The notes under the pieces were generated by a model that was not told the DNA's origin, made no database searches, and saw only the letters and a list, made by a program, of their open reading frames with translations. Shown in pieces: positions 43,539 through 48,363 of a DNA stretch of 48,363 bases (within the stretch, counting starts at the first letter, position 1; each line of letters begins with the position of its first letter). The DNA is from a virus (taxonomy: Duplodnaviria > Caudoviricetes): positions 1 to 48,363 of IMG/VR virus record IMGVR_UViG_3300037307_000742; one strand, written 5' to 3'. Both the position numbers and the translations under genes were made by a program.

Positions 43539-44405
43539 TTAGGACGGGACCAACGCGGTCGGCGGTGATTCATCGCCTGCATCCGGCGAGTCCTTCACCG
43601 GGCAGTAGTTTTTCTGCCAGACCCACAAGTCGCGGGCGGCGAGGAAGGCGCGGAAGAAGCCGGGTTTGTCGGCATCATCCCAAACCTGTGTGACGACCGG
43701 CACCGGTTCGGTGGAACCGATGACAACCGAGGCGATGGCGGCGTCCTGCAACCCCTTGTCACGGGAGGCGAGCGCCATGCGATAGGCTTCAAGTTGCAGC
43801 GGCCATGTGTCGTGGAGGATCGGCTTGAACGATCCATTCTTGTCGCGCCGGGTTTTCTGCGTCTTGAAGTCGATCACGGTCGGACGCCCGGTGGATTTGA
43901 GCGTCGCCACCAGGTCCACCCGTCCGGCGTATCCCCATTCGAGGTGCGCCGTGGCGATTTCCACTGAGTGGACCTGGGTGACCTCCGCATCGAACCACTG
44001 GCGAGCCGGTTCAAAGAGGCGGGCGACCTCCTTGTCCTCGGGCAACCAGCGACCTTGGGCGTAGCCTTCGATGGCGGCGTGAACCGCGCTGCCGGTGTCG
44101 GCAGCTTTGCCAACTTCACTGTGCATGTCGGTGATGACACGCTTGGCGAAATCGTCGAGGGATTCGCCTTCGGTGCGCGGCAAGGTGAGTGCCGCAAGGA
44201 TGGCCTGTTCCTGTTTCCATGTATCCAACCCCGGCTTGGCGAGGATGGACAGCACGTTGGTCACGGATGGAAACAGACCGAGTTTGCGGGCATCACGCAG
44301 GCTGGTTGGGCGGCTGCCCTTCCCGTCGGCACGCGGCACCTCATGAAGGGGCGTGCCATCCGGGAAATACCAGTGCGACGCTGACTCTCGTGGAACGATG
44401 AGCAT
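43539..44405 (-). CDS. PD-(D/E)XK (RecB/Cas4-like) exonuclease
   Basis: PSVTNVL, G..VH, YAGRVDL, IDFKT, QLEAY. Confidence 0.88.
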   Translation of the reverse strand: MLIVPRESASHWYFPDGTPLHEVPRADGKGSRPTSLRDARKLGLFPSVTNVLSILAKPGLDTWKQEQAILAALTLPRTEGESLDDFAKRVITDMHSEVGKAADTGSAVHAAIEGYAQGRWLPEDKEVARLFEPARQWFDAEVTQVHSVEIATAHLEWGYAGRVDLVATLKSTGRPTVIDFKTQKTRRDKNGSFKPILHDTWPLQLEAYRMALASRDKGLQDAAIASVVIGSTEPVPVVTQVWDDADKPGFFRAFLAARDLWVWQKNYCPVKDSPDAGDESPPTALVPS

Positions 44406-44419
44406 GGTCGTGGCGGATG

Positions 44420-45133
44420 TTAGAACGGGATGTTGTCCTCTTCATCGTCCTGAGACGAGAGAGCCTGTTTCGCCTGCTGGAGAGCGGCGATGAGTTCGCG
44501 GTCGGCCTTGAGCGGCTTCTCCATTTCGAGCGCGGTGGGAAGCCACTTCGTCGCCAGTGCTTCCACCGACTCGCGGTCGAGTTCGCCGAGATCGATTCCG
44601 GTGTGGCGGCCGACGTGGACTTTGACGCGACGCCAATCGGATGAAGCCTCGCCGCTGTTGGATGCGGGACGGAATTTCTCGTCGTTGTTTTGGCGGTCCT
44701 TCTGGCGGACGTATTTGCCGGATGGCTTCAACGGCTCGCCGGATTTGTCGGCGCGAATCAGGCCGATGTTGGCGTAGGTCTGGCCGTTGTGTTCGTTGTG
44801 CACCACGGAAACGCGGGCCGGGCGACCAATGAGCGATTCGGTGTCGAACTCGTCCTGTTCGGCTTTGGTCAGGTCGCGGCCGAACCACTGCTTGAGGAAT
44901 GCGCGGAAGGCGGCCTTCTCATGCAGCGACGGTCTGAAACTGCGGCTGAAGAGCAGGTATGGTTTCCCGTCTTGGCGGAGTTCGGTGGTTTCGAAGACAA
45001 CGCGGAACGTCTCGTGCTCACCGTAGATGGACTGGGTTTTCTTGAGCGGGGTGCAGTCAACGCAGACGGCCTGGCCGTCAAATTCCGGGTGGTTTTCGAA
45101 TGGGGTGGTGGATCCAGTTGCGGATAGTTTCAT
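44420..45133 (-). CDS. Putative single-stranded DNA-binding protein
   Basis: OB-like body (SLHEKA...LIGRP...YANI); acidic tail DDEEDNIPF. Confidence 0.7.
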   Translation of the reverse strand: MKLSATGSTTPFENHPEFDGQAVCVDCTPLKKTQSIYGEHETFRVVFETTELRQDGKPYLLFSRSFRPSLHEKAAFRAFLKQWFGRDLTKAEQDEFDTESLIGRPARVSVVHNEHNGQTYANIGLIRADKSGEPLKPSGKYVRQKDRQNNDEKFRPASNSGEASSDWRRVKVHVGRHTGIDLGELDRESVEALATKWLPTALEMEKPLKADRELIAALQQAKQALSSQDDEEDNIPF

Positions 45134-45218
45134 GGTATTGATGTAGTTTGTTTGTTAGTTGAATTGGCTGCTTCAACAGATCCACCGCCGGCACAGCCCG
45201 ACAGACGGTGGAAGTCTG

Positions 45219-45533
45219 TCAGGGGGAGGAAGGAAATTCTTTGAAGGTGTCTGATGTTGAGATTTCTTCAGCGTCCTCGCCGTTGTGGGTCCCAATGTCG
45301 GAAAGTTGGCGCTCGCGTTGGTCGGATGCGTTGTGTCCGAGATCGCGGCTTTCGAGCCACACCATCACCCGCGATGGGATGAAGCGGATCAATCCGCCGA
45401 CTTGGATGGTTGGTAGCCCGCTTTTACGGAGGGCAAAGACCTGCCGTTCAGAGCATCCAAGATACCCGGCGAGTTCCGAGGTAGTCCAAAGTGATTGTTT
45501 TGGCTGGTTGCCGCAAGTATCTGTCGAGTTCAT
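45219..45533 (-). CDS. Excisionase-like HTH protein
   Basis: LWTTSELAGYLGCSERQV..LRKSGLP.IQVGGLIRF; heads the replication operon. Confidence 0.8.
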   Translation of the reverse strand: MNSTDTCGNQPKQSLWTTSELAGYLGCSERQVFALRKSGLPTIQVGGLIRFIPSRVMVWLESRDLGHNASDQRERQLSDIGTHNGEDAEEISTSDTFKEFPSSP

Positions 45534-45546
45534 GTCCGTGGAGTCG

Positions 45547-45552
45547 TGTCAA
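45547..45552 (-). promoter_or_regulatory. TTGAC box (replication operon, N13-ATG)
   Basis: GTTGACA CGACTCCACGGAC ATG. Confidence 0.7.
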
Positions 45553-45685
45553 CTCGCCGGACGCTCTCGGTACCCAATCGCGGGAACAAAAAAGCGTCTG
45601 GCATTGGTGGCCGGACGCTCCTCTAGGATTGTCCCGCCATTTACTGGCGGGGGAACTCGACGTTCACTTCAGGAACTCAGTGTTC

Positions 45686-47050
45686 CTATTTGAGATTTTC
45701 TGAATTTTTTTTCCGCCACTTGTAGCCAAATTCGGCGTCGTATTGGCAAACCTGTCCTGGTTTCAGGATACTTTTATTCGAGAGGTGAGACCAAAGTCCT
45801 TCGTCGATGTCCTTGAGTCGATTGATGACACCGCGAATATGTTTACCCACCAGATTGCCGGCCTTCTCCAGAGCTCCATCGAAAGTCTTTGGTAGTAAGG
45901 TGCCGTCAGGCCCCGGCTTTGTTGCAGCCATGAGGTATTTCACCACTTCCTCACGCGTGTCGATTAAGGAATTCTTTTCGCCTACAAGACCTGGATCATC
46001 CCCACACTCCACAATCGCTCTTTCAATCGCCCGTGCGCGATTCTGCCACAAAGTGATCTCCTCGGAAGTCAGGATCTCGTCCCTTGCATTCGGTGCGAAC
46101 CGCTTAGTGCCTGACTGAAACTCATCTGTGCCGAGCCACTCAAGGTCATTCTCGTCAGCGACATCCGTCGCTTCTCCCGACAGGCTCCGAAGCAGAGCGT
46201 CCGCATAAATAAACTCTCCCCTCTGAAGGAGTATTCTGACCAGAAGTTCTGAGCCGACAACGTCAGGGAGATCAAAGTTCCGACCGTCAAACCAGCAGCG
46301 CCATGTAGTTAGGTCATAAGACTCATTGTTAATCCTAGTCTTTTTCTTCCCCCTTTGTTCGAAAATGTATCCCGTCCTGGATTGCACACCACCTTTCACT
46401 TCTAGAGTATCATTCTCCCATCCTGAGAGAATTCGCTTGGCTGCATTTCCAGGCCTGAAACCGTCATTCCCAAGACTCCAAAACTCATCAAAATCAACTA
46501 CACGGCTGTTTGGAGGCAGCATGGCTTCGATTCGGTCTGCTTGATCCGTTCGACACACGAACACCGTCGGGCCGAGGTCATTCTGACTCACGCCAAGAGC
46601 GGCGTTATTCAAATCCAGATTCTTTTTCGAAAAACATGCCACGAGACTGCCCTGATGACCATCAGGTCGCATGCTGACCAACCCTAGTCGCCATGTCTTG
46701 AATGTGGCATGATTTGAAGGAAACAGTCGCGGATCCATCGGCAGGGAGCCACCTAGCAGCTTTGGGAGCTTTCGCAAATCCACTGCAAGCATTTCTACAT
46801 TAGCCTTTTGCATCTGAATATCGCTGCAAGTCGAATCCTCACACTGACAGACAGCGCGGACTCGATCTTTCGTATCATCCTCGAAAACCTGGTGATTGCA
46901 GCCGCACTTCGGGCAGGCAATCCGCTTCGCATTCCTGCCGACCGACACGAGCATCGGTTCGATGAGCCGAAAATGTTTACCGAGCTGCTCCCACGAGTAT
47001 CTGGGCGCACCGTGGAAATCGAGGCGAAGTAGCGTGTCCCAAAAGTCCAT
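45686..47050 (-). CDS. Hypothetical protein with N-terminal Zn-ribbon motifs
   Basis: CPKCGC..H, CQC...C; lower GC; coupled to the upstream gene. Confidence 0.7.
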   Translation of the reverse strand: MDFWDTLLRLDFHGAPRYSWEQLGKHFRLIEPMLVSVGRNAKRIACPKCGCNHQVFEDDTKDRVRAVCQCEDSTCSDIQMQKANVEMLAVDLRKLPKLLGGSLPMDPRLFPSNHATFKTWRLGLVSMRPDGHQGSLVACFSKKNLDLNNAALGVSQNDLGPTVFVCRTDQADRIEAMLPPNSRVVDFDEFWSLGNDGFRPGNAAKRILSGWENDTLEVKGGVQSRTGYIFEQRGKKKTRINNESYDLTTWRCWFDGRNFDLPDVVGSELLVRILLQRGEFIYADALLRSLSGEATDVADENDLEWLGTDEFQSGTKRFAPNARDEILTSEEITLWQNRARAIERAIVECGDDPGLVGEKNSLIDTREEVVKYLMAATKPGPDGTLLPKTFDGALEKAGNLVGKHIRGVINRLKDIDEGLWSHLSNKSILKPGQVCQYDAEFGYKWRKKNSENLK

Positions 47051-47052
47051 CG

Positions 47053-48264
47053 TTAGTTTTGCACGGTGACAGCGATTGTCTGTTGAGGCGGTTCGTTGTT
47101 GCAGTAAGTCGGAATATCATTTTTCTGCGGCGACTCCGTTTCGACGATGAAGCCTTTCGCTGTCATCCAGTCAGTGACCCGTGCGCCATTTTGGTCCTGC
47201 GTGTATTTCGCGCGATTCGGCGGTTGGATCGTCACAGTCCTTTCACTGGTGCTGCCTTCGAATTTCACCGCGAACTTTGCCCATGCCAGATCCTCGCCTG
47301 TCGGGATTCCTCCTTCGTTTTCGTAAGCTGCAAAAACATCATCAGACCGCCTAATCCGATAATCGTTCTCGTCATCGTTCACCTTGCATGAAAGTTCTGC
47401 CAGCCTGATCTCTTTCAAACCGTATGCCTTCCCTTCAAGTATTCCACGTCCTTGGTCGATGATTGGCTGGAGCGTATATTTCGGCGTCTCTCGAAACAGG
47501 GTCTCGTTTCCAAAGAGGTGGCGTCCGAACAGTTTCACGTATCCTTCTTTTTGCCACCTTGAGACCACGTTCATACGCAGGTCTTTGGTGTCCTCATCAT
47601 AGACCACCAAGTCTTGCTCTGTCGGCCAGTAGTAGAGCGGCGTGGTCCCGTTGCCCTCGTGCTTGGTTTCCCTTCGGAAGGGATCGGTCCGCTCAACGAC
47701 GAAAATCCACTGCTTTTCGCGTTTATGCAGAGTGACCCGCGCCCACTTGGCCCTGGAATGGTCGTAGAAGACTTCGGCGAGGTCATCTTGGAGCATGGCT
47801 CTCACGGCATCGAATGGTTGCATGCGGGGCGTGGAACCTGGAACGGCTCGCAGGTTCAGAAACGAGCGGCTGGCGTCGAGGCCGACGTCCAAATGCAACT
47901 GGCGAACGAGCTTTTCGTCGGCCAGCCATGCCAGTAAAGCCTTGTCAGCGGTGGAGTGATCCCCGGTCAAATCAATTGTGAGGCGCTTGGCACGAACCGC
48001 GTCCACGAGGCGGGCTTCTCCCCGCGCAGTGTCGAGTCCCTTGATGAAGAAAAGAGCGTCATGTAGCTCATTCGGAATTCCCGCTGGCCGCATGAATACT
48101 TCCACCAACGACCTGTAATAGGCGTCTTGGTCGTCTGGCTCCTCAATCTTGATTCCCTGTTCACTCAGCTTCTCAGAATAATGATCGAGCAAACGACGCA
48201 GGTGAGCACGACCGATACTTCTCAGGTTGCCTTCTTCCGTGTACCAGCGTGCGTTGTAAGCCTA
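47053..48264 (-). CDS. Hypothetical protein; apparent start position reads TAG
   Basis: Frame is open from 48261; GAGGT SD-like 5 nt before TAG at 48262-48264; TTG48192 is the alternative start. Confidence 0.6.
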
Positions 48265-48363
48265 GGGCTACCTCACTTTGGAAAGTCGTATATTTAGGTT
48301 ATATTAAACTTGTACACCATATGTTGTGGTTCACAATGGCCGGATGCCTGACAAAACACGACG

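Larger units (their letters stand above)
99..48363. mobile_element. Prophage (siphovirus-like, lambda-type head module); right end not reached
   Basis: Integrase next to a tRNA, plus head, tail, lysis, packaging and replication genes. No second copy of the tRNA 3' end was seen in the window. Confidence 0.93.

Noticed and set aside
43539-44405. Cas4 / CRISPR system
   Set aside because: No array or other cas genes; the context (SSB, helicase) indicates a phage recombination exonuclease.
145-45552. TTGAC boxes as sigma54 -12 elements or canonical sigma70 -35 elements
   Set aside because: No constant GG at -24 spacing upstream in the copies checked, and no room for a -10 and +1 before the start codon.
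99-48363. Gene transfer agent or phage satellite
   Set aside because: It encodes its own integrase, replication, packaging, head, tail and lysis genes, consistent with an autonomous prophage.

Overview
The window is almost entirely one temperate-phage prophage integrated at the 3' end of a tRNA-Leu gene (17-98, unusual AAG anticodon). The right attachment site is not in the window. It is siphovirus-like with a lambda-type head: GpA terminase, lambda-type portal and S49 protease. Secreted cargo proteins suggest a Verrucomicrobiota-type host (inference). Order: integrase (+); holin-like and tail genes, tape measure, frameshifted tail chaperone, head genes, M15 endolysin and terminase (all -); an oppositely oriented block (+) with ParB, TAGT/GREB1-like glycosyltransferase, RarA-like halves and amidoligase/glutamine amidotransferase; secreted-protein morons and a sugar epimerase; then a replication/recombination operon (-) with a 1469-aa primase-helicase-PolA fusion. 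The most striking unexplained signal is a prophage-wide (G)TTGAC(A/G/T) box 13, 14 or 16 nt upstream of 17 start codons. That is too close to be a normal sigma70 -35. One copy marks an internal scaffold start, one directly follows an intrinsic terminator, and two abut duplicated moron junctions. Also notable: an origin-like inverted repeat translated inside the replicase fusion, a candidate packaging-linked DNA glycosylation module, and tail-region proteins with signal peptides. All protein calls come from motif recognition by eye, not database searches.
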